A stretch of 64,000 bases of DNA from Candidatus Binatia bacterium (lineage in GTDB: Bacteria; Desulfobacterota; Binatia; HRBIN30). Position numbers and translations under genes: made by a program. Positions 34,214 to 43,861 of this stretch are shown here, one piece after another. The stretch is taken from NCBI GenBank assembly GCA_038245295.1, contig JBBRSP010000010.1, positions 64,001-128,000 on the forward strand, read 5' to 3'. Positions within the stretch are counted from its first letter, which is position 1, and the number at the start of each line of letters is the position of its first letter. The notes under the pieces are model-generated. The model was not told the DNA's origin. It did no database searches and worked only from the letters and a program-made list of their open reading frames with translations.

Positions 34214-35749
34214 ATGCGTACGTATACGTCTTGGATCCTCGGGCTCGCGGCTCTGGCACTCGTGTCGGGCTGCGGAGAAGATACAGCTCAGCCGGCCACC
34301 GGCGATGCGGCGGCCATTCCCGCTCTCGGCCCGTGGAGCAACGGCGTCAAGATTCCCGCCGCGCCGCAAGGCACCGGCAATGCCCAACGCGGCTGGGAGA
34401 CGTTGGTGCAGGGCGACTACATGACGTGCGGCATTCCCGCCAAGTTGTGGCAGATCGGCGCCTTCCAGGGATTCATCTCGACCGGCCTCGGCGGATCCAA
34501 AGACGCGCCGCGCATCGCCAACCGCAACGACAACAACAAAGACCTGCCCTATTTCCTCAATCGCTTCACGTCGCCCGAGGACGGCAGCGATGTGATGAAC
34601 GCCAACTGTCTGCTGTGCCACGGCGGCCGCTTCGACGGCGAGCTCGTCGTCGGGCTCGGCAATCCCGAAGTCGACTTCACCGGCGGCGCCGGCAACGGCT
34701 CCGGCGGCAGTCCGCTCACCGATCAACTGCTCGACGCCTTCGGCCTCAATGCGCTCGAGAAGGCCCAGCTGCGCAAGGTCTTCCAGCGCGCCGACGTGCT
34801 CGGCCCGCGAACGTCGATGCGCACGATCGGCATGAACCCGGCCGAGATGTTCGCCGTGATCCTGATGGTCCATCACGACCGCGACACCTTGGCATGGAGC
34901 GATGCCGAGTTCATTCCATTGAAGGTGAAAGACGAGAACGGCGACGAGATTCCCAACGCCATCGTCACTTCCGACCCGCCGCCGTGGTGGCGCGCCCACA
35001 AGAAGAACGGCCTATTCTACAATGGCATGGCACGCGGCGATCACCGCGGCACGATGGCGGTCGCGACTTCCGTGTGCGTCGATAACGTCGACCGCGCCAA
35101 GCAGGTCGACGAGCTATTCAAAGACATCAACGCCTTCATCAGCAGCCTGCGCGCCCCCCAATACAAGCGGCCGATCAACACGGCCCTGGCCGAGACAGGG
35201 CATGGACTGTTCGTGCAAAACTGCGCCGGCTGTCACGGCACCTACGCCGAGCGCGACGAAGACGAATGGTATCCGAACCTGATCATTCCGCTCGACATCA
35301 TCGGCACCGACCCGGTCGTCGCCAACGCCGGCGTCGTACACGCCCCCGAGCTCGTGACCTGGTACAACAATTCGTTCTACGGCAAGGTCACGCCGCTGCT
35401 GCCGAACGACCCCTTCGTGGGATACACGCCGCCGCCGCTGGACGGCATCTGGGCCACCGCGCCGTATCTGCACAACGGCTCGGTGCCGACGATCGACCTG
35501 GTGCTCAACAGCAAGGCGCGACCGAAGTATTGGAAACGCGTCGACCTCGACAGTCGCCACTTTGACGAACAGGCGATCGGCTGGCCGTGGGTCGAAGTGC
35601 CGTACGCGCAAGCCGACGCGCCAATGGCGGAGCAGAAGTACATCTATGACACGACGTACTTCAGCCAATCCAACGAAGGCCACCAGTTCGGTGACCACCT
35701 GAGCGACAGCGAGCGGCGCGCGGTGTTGGAATATCTGAAGACGCTCTGA
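34214..35749 (+). CDS. Diheme cytochrome c lipoprotein (RoxA/MauG-CcP superfamily-like)
   Basis: Lipobox VSGC, CLLCH, CAGCH, PLDGIWATAPYLHNGSVPT, SNEGH, LEYLKTL. Confidence 0.8.
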   Translation: MRTYTSWILGLAALALVSGCGEDTAQPATGDAAAIPALGPWSNGVKIPAAPQGTGNAQRGWETLVQGDYMTCGIPAKLWQIGAFQGFISTGLGGSKDAPRIANRNDNNKDLPYFLNRFTSPEDGSDVMNANCLLCHGGRFDGELVVGLGNPEVDFTGGAGNGSGGSPLTDQLLDAFGLNALEKAQLRKVFQRADVLGPRTSMRTIGMNPAEMFAVILMVHHDRDTLAWSDAEFIPLKVKDENGDEIPNAIVTSDPPPWWRAHKKNGLFYNGMARGDHRGTMAVATSVCVDNVDRAKQVDELFKDINAFISSLRAPQYKRPINTALAETGHGLFVQNCAGCHGTYAERDEDEWYPNLIIPLDIIGTDPVVANAGVVHAPELVTWYNNSFYGKVTPLLPNDPFVGYTPPPLDGIWATAPYLHNGSVPTIDLVLNSKARPKYWKRVDLDSRHFDEQAIGWPWVEVPYAQADAPMAEQKYIYDTTYFSQSNEGHQFGDHLSDSERRAVLEYLKTL

Positions 35750-35902
35750 GCGGCGTCTGCACAATTGCGGAGCGCGCCACTCCGTGGCGCCCTATGGCGG
35801 AATCCACACCCTTCACCAGATGCGCACCGCAGCGGCCCGGTCGACTTGACCGCAGCCAGCTGATACGTCGCCGCCACCGATTCTTTGGTGGAGGTACAAC
35901 GC

Positions 35903-37891
35903 ATGCGCCGAATGCAGCGAGGAATGATTGTCGCCCTGACGTTGACGGCCGCGTGCCAGACGCCGGTCGCGGCTCCCAAATCAGCACCGGGTGCCGACGC
36001 CGCCGGCTTCACCGCGCCAAGCCAGCACACCCGGGACGCCATTGCCGAGCTCACCAAGGATCTGGCGCTGGCTGATCAGCAGGATTTCGAAGACGTCAAA
36101 CACGGCTTGATCGAAACCGACCCGAATCTGGTGATCAAGACGGCCGACGGAACGCCAAGCTGGGACCTCGCCGCCTACTCGTTCGTCCAGGGCCAGGCAC
36201 CCGACAGCGTCAACCCGAGTCTATGGCGCCAGGCGCAGCTCAATGGCGTGAGCGGACTCTTCCAGGTAGCCGAGGGGATCTATCAGGTACGCGGTTACGA
36301 CATCTCCAACATGAGCTGGATTCGCGGCCATGAGGGCTGGATCATCGTCGACCCGCTCACTAGCGAGGAGAACGCCGCGGCTGCCGTGCAGTTGGCGCGC
36401 AAGCATCTCGGCAACGACCCGATCACGGCGGTCATCTTCACGCATAGCCACGCCGACCACTTCGGCGGCGTCAACGCCGTCTTGCCAACCGACGCGGCGG
36501 CACGCGCCAAGGTACGCATCATCGCGCCGCGGCGTTTCATGGAAGAGTCGACCAGCGAGAATGTTATGGCCGGCTTGGCGATGGGTCGCCGCGGCTCGTT
36601 CATGTTCGGTATCAACCTGCCGCGCACCGCGCGCGGCCACGTCGACACCGGCCTCGGCAAAGGTATCCAGCGCGGCAGGGTTGGGATCGCCGCACCGACC
36701 GAGATCATCGATCATACGTCGCAAACGCTGGACATCGATGGTGTGCACTTCGTCTTCCAATTCACGCCCGACGCCGAGGCGCCGGCCGAGATGACCTTTT
36801 ACATCCCCGAGCACAAAGCCTTCTGCGGCGCCGAGGTGGTGACGCACACCCTGCACAACGTTTACACCCTGCGCGGCGCCAAGGTGCGCGATGCGCTCAA
36901 GTGGAGCGGCTACATCGACGAGGCCATCGGTTTGTTCCCCGACGTGGAAGTGGTCTTCGCCAGTCACAACTGGCCCGTCTGGGGCAATGCCCGAGTAATC
37001 CAGTACCTCAAGGGACAACGCGACACCTACAAGTACATCCACGATCAGACCTTGCGGCTCGCCAACCTCGGCTTGACGCCACGCGAGATCGCCGAGCAGG
37101 TCGAGCTACCACCCTCCCTCGCCAAACAATTCGCCAATCGCGGGTACTACGGTACCGTGCGTCACAACGTAAAGGCGGTCTATCAACTCTACTTCGGCTG
37201 GTACGACTCCAACCCCGCCAATCTCGATCCGCTGCCGCCCGTCGACGAGGGCAAGAAATACGTCGAAGCAATGGGCGGTGCCGCCGAGGTGAAAAAGAAG
37301 GCGCACGAGGCATCGGAGCGCGGCGACTACCGCTGGGCGGCGACGCTGCTCGACCACCTGGTGTTCGCGGCACCGGAGGATGCCGAGGCGCGCGGCCAGC
37401 TTGCCGATGTGTATGATCAGCTCGGCTATCGCGCCGAATCGGGTCCATGGCGTGACGAATACCTCACGGGGGCTCTGGAGCTACGTCGCGGCATTCAAGG
37501 CACACCGATCTCACTGGGCGCGACCGCCGGACTGCTTCAAAATATTCCCGTCGAAAATTTCTTCACCGCCATGGCGACGCTCCTCAACGGCCCAAAGGCC
37601 GTCGGCCAGGAGAAAATCATCAACTTCGTCTTCACCGATCTCGGCGAAACACACGTGCTGAGTTTGGAGAACGCCGTCTTGCACCACCACAAAGGCGAGG
37701 CCGACCCAAAAGCCAATGCGACAGTGCGCCTGACGCACGACTTCTTCCTCAAGATGGTGACGGGACAGGCCGGGCTACGCGAGATGATCTTCTCGGACGA
37801 TCTAAAAGTCGATGGCAGCCGGCTGGATGTGTTGTCGTTCTTGTCGCTGTTCCAGAAGGCGGACGGTCAGTTCGCAATCGTGACGCCGTAG
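35903..37891 (+). CDS. Alkyl/aryl sulfatase, SdsA1/BDS1 family
   Basis: PDSVNPSLWRQA, QVRGYDISN, THSHADHFGG, HNVYTLRGAKVRDA, RGYYG, SCP2-like C-terminus. Confidence 0.92.
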   Translation: MRRMQRGMIVALTLTAACQTPVAAPKSAPGADAAGFTAPSQHTRDAIAELTKDLALADQQDFEDVKHGLIETDPNLVIKTADGTPSWDLAAYSFVQGQAPDSVNPSLWRQAQLNGVSGLFQVAEGIYQVRGYDISNMSWIRGHEGWIIVDPLTSEENAAAAVQLARKHLGNDPITAVIFTHSHADHFGGVNAVLPTDAAARAKVRIIAPRRFMEESTSENVMAGLAMGRRGSFMFGINLPRTARGHVDTGLGKGIQRGRVGIAAPTEIIDHTSQTLDIDGVHFVFQFTPDAEAPAEMTFYIPEHKAFCGAEVVTHTLHNVYTLRGAKVRDALKWSGYIDEAIGLFPDVEVVFASHNWPVWGNARVIQYLKGQRDTYKYIHDQTLRLANLGLTPREIAEQVELPPSLAKQFANRGYYGTVRHNVKAVYQLYFGWYDSNPANLDPLPPVDEGKKYVEAMGGAAEVKKKAHEASERGDYRWAATLLDHLVFAAPEDAEARGQLADVYDQLGYRAESGPWRDEYLTGALELRRGIQGTPISLGATAGLLQNIPVENFFTAMATLLNGPKAVGQEKIINFVFTDLGETHVLSLENAVLHHHKGEADPKANATVRLTHDFFLKMVTGQAGLREMIFSDDLKVDGSRLDVLSFLSLFQKADGQFAIVTP

Positions 37892-37949
37892 GCTCGCACG
37901 GCTGCAGGGTGCGGGGATGGTTCTCATTCTAGATGCGAGGCCTTGAGCG

Positions 37950-38112
37950 CCCCCTCCCACTTCGAGCGGTATCGAAGGGCGTGAGAGAGGGTCGGGGTGA
38001 GGGCCCGCATCGGTTACCTATGTCCCCGACTGCACCCGGCCTGACTCCCCAGATTCGACCCTCACCCTAACCCTCGCCCAGCTGTTGCCGGACCGTTCGA
38101 GCTGGGAGAGGG
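37950..38112. repeat. Inverted pair of CCCTCACCC/GGGAGAGGG hairpin repeats
   Basis: GAGAGAGGGTCGGGGTGAGGG and CCCTCACCCTAACCCTCGCCC...GGGAGAGGG. Confidence 0.7.
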
Positions 38113-38234
38113 AACTACTGGTATCCGCTCATGCGCACGGGCAGGAGGAAGCATCGTTTCAGCGACCGTCTCGAAGGGCGGTCTCGAATTGCCATGCAAA
38201 GCCCCACACCCCGAACCCTCCGAAAACTCCTGCG

Positions 38235-39179
38235 TTACAGAGCTGGCAAACTCCGCAGCTCGCGCGGCAAGGGGAACACGACATCTTCTTCCGCCGTCAC
38301 CAGATCTTGAACTGTCCCGAAGCCTAGGCCTTGCAACCGTGTGAGCGTTTCTTGCACGAGGCGCTCGGGCGTCGATGCGCCGGCGCTCAGGCCAACAGAC
38401 GGCATGTCAGCGAGCCATGTCGGATCAATGTCGTCGGCGCTCTCGATCAAACGCGCCGGCGTGTCTTCGTTGCGCGCCACCTCAACAAGACGGTTGGCGT
38501 TACTCGATGTCGGAGACCCGAGAATCAAAACGAAACGGCTGGCGCGCGCCAGCGACTTCACCGCCACCTGACGATTCTGCGTGGCGTAACAGATGTCATC
38601 GTTCGGCGGCGTGCGGGCGGCCGGGAAACGGGCACGAATCGCTTCGATGATGTCGCGCGTATCGTCGACGCTCAGCGTCGTCTGCGTCACCACCGCCACG
38701 TGCTGCGGGTCACGAATCCGCAGCGTCGCAACCTCGTCAGCCGTCTCAACGATATGCATGCGATCCGGCGCATGACCGAGAGTCCCTTCGACTTCGACAT
38801 GGCCGCGGTGGCCGATCAAGATGATTTCCGAATTCTCGCGCGCATGTTTGAGGACCTGCAGATGCACCTTGGTCACCAGCGGGCACGTCGCGTCGATCAC
38901 CCGTAGATCACGCCGTCGCGCTTCCTCACGCACCTGCGGCGATACACCGTGGGCGCTGAAGATCAGCAAGCTACCGGAGGGAACGTCAGCAAGGTCATCG
39001 ACAAAAACTGCCCCCTTGGCGCGCAGATCCTCGACGACGTGGCGGTTGTGAACGATCTCGTGGCGCACATAAACCGGCGGGCCGTAGTGCTCGAGAACCA
39101 GATTGACGATGTCGATGGCGTACGAAACGCCGGCACAGAAGCCGCGCGGGCTGGCGACGAAGATGGTGCGGTCAGCCAT
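38235..39179 (-). CDS. ispH: 4-hydroxy-3-methylbut-2-enyl diphosphate reductase
   Basis: PRGFCAGV, HEIVHN, FSAHGV, DATCPLVTKVH, DICYATQNRQ, SSNANRL, AGASTPE. Confidence 0.96.
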   Translation of the reverse strand: MADRTIFVASPRGFCAGVSYAIDIVNLVLEHYGPPVYVRHEIVHNRHVVEDLRAKGAVFVDDLADVPSGSLLIFSAHGVSPQVREEARRRDLRVIDATCPLVTKVHLQVLKHARENSEIILIGHRGHVEVEGTLGHAPDRMHIVETADEVATLRIRDPQHVAVVTQTTLSVDDTRDIIEAIRARFPAARTPPNDDICYATQNRQVAVKSLARASRFVLILGSPTSSNANRLVEVARNEDTPARLIESADDIDPTWLADMPSVGLSAGASTPERLVQETLTRLQGLGFGTVQDLVTAEEDVVFPLPRELRSLPAL

Positions 39180-39299
39180 GGGGGCCTACGTCGCATGCCG
39201 AACCGCGACGGGCAAGCGTGGCGCGTGGATCAATAGGAGCGCCGGATCTGGCCGCGACGGCAGGTGCAACGGCGACGCAGTGGATGTCCACCATTTACC

Positions 39300-39351
39300 C
39301 CAGTTCGTTGCCAATCCACGTCAGCACACATTCGTTCCACCGGAGGACTAA
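39300..39351 (+). pseudogene. Possible 3' remnant of a RelE/Gp49-type toxin
   Basis: ...FVANPRQHTFVPPED* ends 3 nt before the HTH gene and resembles a toxin C-terminus; the rest is missing. Confidence 0.35.
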
Positions 39352-39354
39352 CTC

Positions 39355-39678
39355 ATGGCAAAAAAGAAGAGCACCTCGGCGGCTCTCGAGTATGCGCACC
39401 GCCGTTTCTTTGCCGGGAAGCCGGAGCGCCTGGTCGAGCTCGAAGAGGCTCGCGCCAGCGCGGAGGTCGCCCGCAAGGTGTACGACCTGCGGAGCAAAGC
39501 GAAACTGACGCAGAAGGAGCTGGCCAAGCGCGTTGGGACAACGGCGTCAGTCATCTCCAGGCTCGAAGACGACGACTACCAAGGACACTCCCTGGTCATG
39601 CTGCGCCGCATCGCCACAGCGCTCAACAAGCGGGTGGAGATTCGTTTTGTGGCAGTCAAGAACCGGCGTGCGGCCTGA
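39355..39678 (+). CDS. XRE/HigA-like HTH antitoxin
   Basis: LTQKELAKRVGTTASVISRLE...SLVMLRRIATAL; GGAGG RBS. Confidence 0.85.
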   Translation: MAKKKSTSAALEYAHRRFFAGKPERLVELEEARASAEVARKVYDLRSKAKLTQKELAKRVGTTASVISRLEDDDYQGHSLVMLRRIATALNKRVEIRFVAVKNRRAA

Positions 39679-39759
39679 GCATCGTTGGTCTGCAGCCAGG
39701 CAGCACCAGCGCGGCTCTGCGGTCAAAGGCGCGGGTCACCAGGCGGAGTGGTCCGGTGT

Positions 39760-39914
39760 CCTAGCAGGGCTCTAAGCTGAGCAGCGCAGCCGTGGATGTC
39801 ACCGACCGCATAAACGCGAACATCATCTGGGGTCTTGGCGACAACGCGCCGTCGCCGAAGACCACGGGTTAGGGTCGAGAGCAAACCCGGCCCATCGGGA
39901 TGATTCTCGATCAC
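39760..39914 (-). pseudogene. N-terminal fragment of a metallophosphoesterase
   Basis: VYAVGDIHG first motif, then truncated. Confidence 0.65.
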
Positions 39915-40034
39915 GCGGCGCTCATGGTTCGTCTTTGGGTTCGGCTGATCGAATGCCTTTGATCGCGTTTCATCCCGTCTATCCTGTTCGTCCTGTTGGC
40001 AGACTCTGTTGGTGGTGAAGTTTTGGCTCCAGGT

Positions 40035-40202
40035 TCACCGATACCGTTCGCGGAAGAGACGTACGACATCGCGCAACGGATCGTCCAGGCGGGCGAGTGT
40101 CTCGCTCTCGATCTGCGCCGGCACGCCGCCGTAGAACGCCTCCGCCACTGATCCGGCGATGCAGGTCAGCGTGTCGCTATCGCCACCCAGGGAGATGCCC
40201 AG
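40035..40202 (-). pseudogene. 3' fragment of an ADP-ribosylglycohydrolase gene, close copy of ~49455-49618
   Basis: Encodes LGISLGGDSDTLTCIAGSVAEAFYGGVPA...; nucleotide sequence closely matches the intact gene. Confidence 0.85.
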
Positions 40203-40292
40203 ATTGCAAAATGGGGGTCATCCCCTTTTCTCAGCTCAGAAGTTGATCGCCGGCGCGCTCGCGTGATCCGCCGCACAGGCGCTCAGCTCACC

Positions 40293-40363
40293 GCAGGCTG
40301 AAGCCTGCGCCTACCACGCTGAACACTGTCGAATTGAACCGGTAGGCGCAGGCTTCAGCCTGC
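40293..40363. repeat. Inverted pair of GTAG-type REPs
   Basis: GCAGGCTGAAGCCTGCGCCTAC and GTAGGCGCAGGCTTCAGCCTGC. Confidence 0.8.
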
Positions 40364-40760
40364 GGAGTGCTCCAATACGGAATTACCATGCAAACCGCGC
40401 CAGGGCTGACTTACGGTGTGATCGCTTTGAACTTCGTAGTGTCGTTCTTCCTGGGTGCTCAATGTGTCGAAGAGCTGCTTGCGAGCTGATTCGCGGTTAG
40501 GCCATACACCGGTCGGCTCAACGCTTCACCACAACCATTCATCTCATCCGCTGGGTTGGTACGCAGAGCGGTAAGCCTGAGCCTCTTGCCTCCGCCCGAG
40601 CCTTCTCAAAGGCTCAGGCAGGGCGTAGGCTGAGGATGAACGGTCGCACCTGGACTTCCTCCTTCGCCTTCACCAACGATCCAGTCGGCTTCGGAGGACG
40701 AGCCGGCGATGCGTACCCAAAATGGCAGGAGAGCCAAATGACCAAATGGCAAAATGAAAA

Positions 40761-40802
40761 TGGTCGCACGTGGACTCGAACCACGGACCTCCTGCATGTG
40801 AG
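40761..40802 (-). mobile_element. att site: 3' half of tRNA-Val(CAC), left boundary of an integrated island
   Basis: Minus strand reads CT-CAC-AT GCAGG AGGTC CGTGG TTCGAGT CCACG TGCGACC A; the 5' anticodon stem and D-arm are absent. Confidence 0.8.
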
Positions 40803-40923
40803 GAGCCCCGGGCGAAAGTCCGTCGGCGTCCGCCAAAGCCCTAAGTTGTTCGCCTGATTGACGAATCGCCGAATGGCGACTTTCCGTCGTTGTGCGCCAA
40901 AATCCAGGGTTTTCCAACCCATT

Positions 40924-40941
40924 GGCTACAGTTAGGCTACA
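40924..40941. promoter_or_regulatory. Putative integrase arm-type binding repeats
   Basis: GGCTACA-gtta-GGCTACA about 120 bp inside the att core. Confidence 0.5.
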
Positions 40942-41115
40942 AAATATCGCTCCGCGATACGACGTCACCAGATGCCCAGTCGCTGACGACGTGACGAATG
41001 ATCGTCTGTAATCCAATGCCGCTGATTACTCTTGCTCGGATCAACAAGTGGTGGAGGTGGGCACCAGCGAGCGGTTGGCGAAGCGATCCAACCTGGCTTC
41101 GGCCAAGGCCCTCTC

Positions 41116-41466
41116 TCAGTGCACGATTACCGAGTTGCGAGTGAGCTCAACAAAGCGACTTGTCTCGAAACCTTCGACGATGGCGTCGAGGTTGGCCATG
41201 AGAAGGCGAAGCAGGCTCGGGTTGTCGATGTTCCCTGTAGAGATCAGAAGCAGACTCTTGGGTTCTGCCAAAAGGAGAAACGTGTTGACGAAATCGGCGT
41301 CCTTAGTGACCACGACGCGCTGGTCGCGATCTGCGATCGAGCAGATCTCTCGGTCGGTGGTCCGGTTTCCCAGGGGCAGATCGAGTGTATGGTTGGCGTC
41401 GTGGCCCGCGTCACGAAGGGCGTGCACAAATTGGTAGGGCAGTTGAGCGTCGACGAGGAACTTCAC
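41116..41466 (-). CDS. DUF5615 PIN-like toxin (VapC45-like)
   Basis: MKFLVDAQLP, VVVTKDADF, STGNI. Confidence 0.88.
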   Translation of the reverse strand: MKFLVDAQLPYQFVHALRDAGHDANHTLDLPLGNRTTDREICSIADRDQRVVVTKDADFVNTFLLLAEPKSLLLISTGNIDNPSLLRLLMANLDAIVEGFETSRFVELTRNSVIVH

Positions 41467-41690
41467 GCCACCACGTGATCAATGCGTTTGACCTGACTCA
41501 GACGAGCCGCGAAGTCGAGCGCCGCGAGGATGTCATCGCGCTCGAGGTCGGCGTAGTCGGCGAGGATCTCCTCGACACTCATTCCGGCGCTGAGGAGTTC
41601 GAGTAAGACTTCGACCGGATAGCGAAGGCCGCGTATGCACGGCTTGCCGTGACAGATGGAAGGATCGATGGTGATTCGCTCGACAGCCAT
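41463..41690 (-). CDS. DUF433 antitoxin
   Basis: RITIDPSICHGKPCIRGLRYPV; overlaps the toxin start. Confidence 0.9.
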   Translation of the reverse strand: MAVERITIDPSICHGKPCIRGLRYPVEVLLELLSAGMSVEEILADYADLERDDILAALDFAARLSQVKRIDHVVA

Positions 41691-41823
41691 ATGGATCTCC
41701 TCTCGGCGCGTCCACGACAGTTGCCTACCCACCGAACGCCGTCAAGCTTGATGCTACCGCTGATGCTGCTGCATTCATACGACAGCACAAGGATCGCTCA
41801 GCATCCAGCTCAAGAGGGCGGCG

Positions 41824-42162
41824 CTAAGCGGCCATCTCACTCTCATGTGTCAGGCCGGACGGCTCCAAACCCGATTCCCGGCGCGCGTACCAATCGCCGA
41901 TGTTCTCCCGCTCCGACGCTTCCCAAAACAGCGGCGCGAGCTCGATCTGATCCTGGCCGAACTGGATCCACGTGTCGGGGCGATCATCCATTTGCAGGTG
42001 GGTCGTGCACCACAGCTTGCCCGCCGCTTGTTCAGGTCGCCCGACCTTGGTCCACAGCGAGGCCCAGGTGCGTCCTTTGCGACTCACCACGAAGCCGAGC
42101 TGCCAGAGGTCTTCGTTCGGTTGCTCGATGTCAGAGAAGAGCGGTGGCCTGGACAGCATCAT
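41824..42162 (-). CDS. Hypothetical protein
   Basis: 112-aa ORF with a G-rich RBS; no recognised motif. Confidence 0.4.
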   Translation of the reverse strand: MMLSRPPLFSDIEQPNEDLWQLGFVVSRKGRTWASLWTKVGRPEQAAGKLWCTTHLQMDDRPDTWIQFGQDQIELAPLFWEASERENIGDWYARRESGLEPSGLTHESEMAA

Positions 42163-42617
42163 TGATTCCCCCCATGTGCTTCTGCCGGATCAAACGGTTG
42201 CCCGCGCCGAGCGGACGGTGAGTCGGGTATCCGTCGCGGCAGGGCGGGTCTAGCTCCGGTTGCACCGCCGCAGCACATAGCTGAGTTCTTCCACGGAGAA
42301 CTGCGGCCCATGCACTTCGATGGCTGGTTCTATCTTGTGGGCTAAGCGCCCCCTCTCCCACATCGAGCGGAATCTCGGCGCGTGGGAGTGGGTCGGGGGT
42401 GAGGGCACGCATCGGCTTCTGAGTCCACAGACCGGACCCTCACTTGGAGTTCGTCAAGGTCTCTGGTTCGCGCACTAGAGGCCATTCAAAAAGACCAACA
42501 AGTCATGATTGACCGGCATCAAGCGACGGCCCACGCAAAGTTACCGGGGGGTGGCTCGCCCAGTGCGGCACTGGCAGGGTTTGACAGGTTCTGCCATCAG
42601 CAGTAGCATCGCTAAGT

Positions 42618-42896
42618 ATGAAGACGAAATCTCTGACGAGCATGAACATCTCCATTCCCTCGACGCTCCGCGAGCGGCTTGAGGAGAAACTTACGCGCCA
42701 GGCTTATGGCTCGGCGAGTGAATATGTCCGTCAGCTTATCCGCCAGGACCTTGAACGAGATGCGCGCGAGAAAGTCGAGGCGCTTCTGTTGGAAGGGGTC
42801 CATTCGAAGAAGCGAATCAGAGTCACGCCGAAATGGTGGGCGGATAAGGAAGCGCTGGTCGGCTCCAGTTCCCGCCGCGCCGCTAAACGAGCGTGA
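42618..42896 (+). CDS. ParD-like ribbon-helix-helix antitoxin
   Basis: MNISIP...YGSASEYVRQLIR..LLEG. Confidence 0.85.
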   Translation: MKTKSLTSMNISIPSTLRERLEEKLTRQAYGSASEYVRQLIRQDLERDAREKVEALLLEGVHSKKRIRVTPKWWADKEALVGSSSRRAAKRA

Positions 42897-43213
42897 CCCA
42901 CGAGCTCATCGTCACCGAACCGGCCGACCAGGACATCGACGGCTACATCGCATATTTGGCTGAGCGCAATCCCGACGCGGCGCGCCGGTTCATACGCGAT
43001 CTCCGTCAGGCGTTCGATCGACTCCTCTCAATACCGCAACTTGGCCACGTCTGGGAAACCAAGAGAAGCGACCTCGACGGCCTTCGAGTTTGGCGTGTCG
43101 ACGATTTTCCAGTGTCGATCTTCTATTTCCCGCGGCCAACCGCGATCGAAGTGATGCGCGTCCTGCACCACTCACAAGACATCAAGAGCGTTCTGGACGA
43201 TCAAGGACGATGA
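42893..43213 (+). CDS. ParE/RelE-family toxin
   Basis: ADQDIDGYIAYL, PQLG, IFYF, IEVMRVLHHSQDI. Confidence 0.85.
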   Translation: MTHELIVTEPADQDIDGYIAYLAERNPDAARRFIRDLRQAFDRLLSIPQLGHVWETKRSDLDGLRVWRVDDFPVSIFYFPRPTAIEVMRVLHHSQDIKSVLDDQGR

Positions 43214-43247
43214 GGTTCATCAATTCGGGGGGCGATTCAGGGACGTG

Positions 43248-43290
43248 AAGCTTGTGAAAGAATCCCGGTTTCCCTGGCTTTGGTGAACGC
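43248..43290. mobile_element. Isolated right end of the IS1182-family element
   Basis: AAGCTTGTGAAAGAATCCCGGTTTCCCTGGCTTTGGTGAACGC closely matches the reverse complement of 56075-56117. Confidence 0.8.
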
Positions 43291-43830
43291 TGCGAAATTC
43301 GCGGCAACGTGAACACCCGTTTCGCGGCAACGTGAACACCCGTTTCGCGGCAACGTGAACGCTGAATTCGCGAAGGTGAACACGCGTTTCGCGGCAACCT
43401 GAACATCGGTTTCGCGCAACGTGAACACGCCAAGAGCAGTGATGGGAATGCGCTGGGCAAGCATGCAGCCGCAAGGACTGCGCGGTACGGACCGCGCAGG
43501 AGGATGCGATGGCTGCGGAGAGATTGCCCATGCGGAAGATCAAGGACATTTTGCGTCAGCGGCTGCTTCTGGAGCGCCCGCAGCGACAGATCGCCCAAGC
43601 GTTGGAGGTGGGCCTCGGAACGGTCAACACCGTCGTGAAGAGCGCCGCGAAGGCCGGGCTCAGCTGGGAGATCGTCGCCAAGCTCAGCGAGACGGAACTG
43701 GCGGAGTACATCTAGCCGCCGCGCGTCAGCGAGAAGGTCGGCAACTTCGATCTGCCGTCGCCAGAGCTGATCGACTTGGAACTACGCAAGCCCGGGGTGA
43801 CGCTACGCCTGCTGCATCTGGGGCATTGAG
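43291..43830 (+). mobile_element. istA: IS21-family left end with truncated istA
   Basis: Begins TG; tandem GCGGCAACGTGAACAC repeats at 43301-43428; ORF 43509-43715 MAAERLPMRKIKDILR ends at an early stop. Confidence 0.8.
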
Positions 43831-43861
43831 AATGTTAAGCGTCGATTTCCGACGCCGACGT

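Noticed and set aside
40761..40840. Intact tRNA-Val gene
   Set aside because: The 5' half cannot pair to form the anticodon, D or acceptor stems; only the 3' half is present
43291..43430. Regularly spaced repeats resembling a CRISPR array
   Set aside because: Units are nearly contiguous with no unique spacers and precede an istA fragment; these are IS21 terminal repeats
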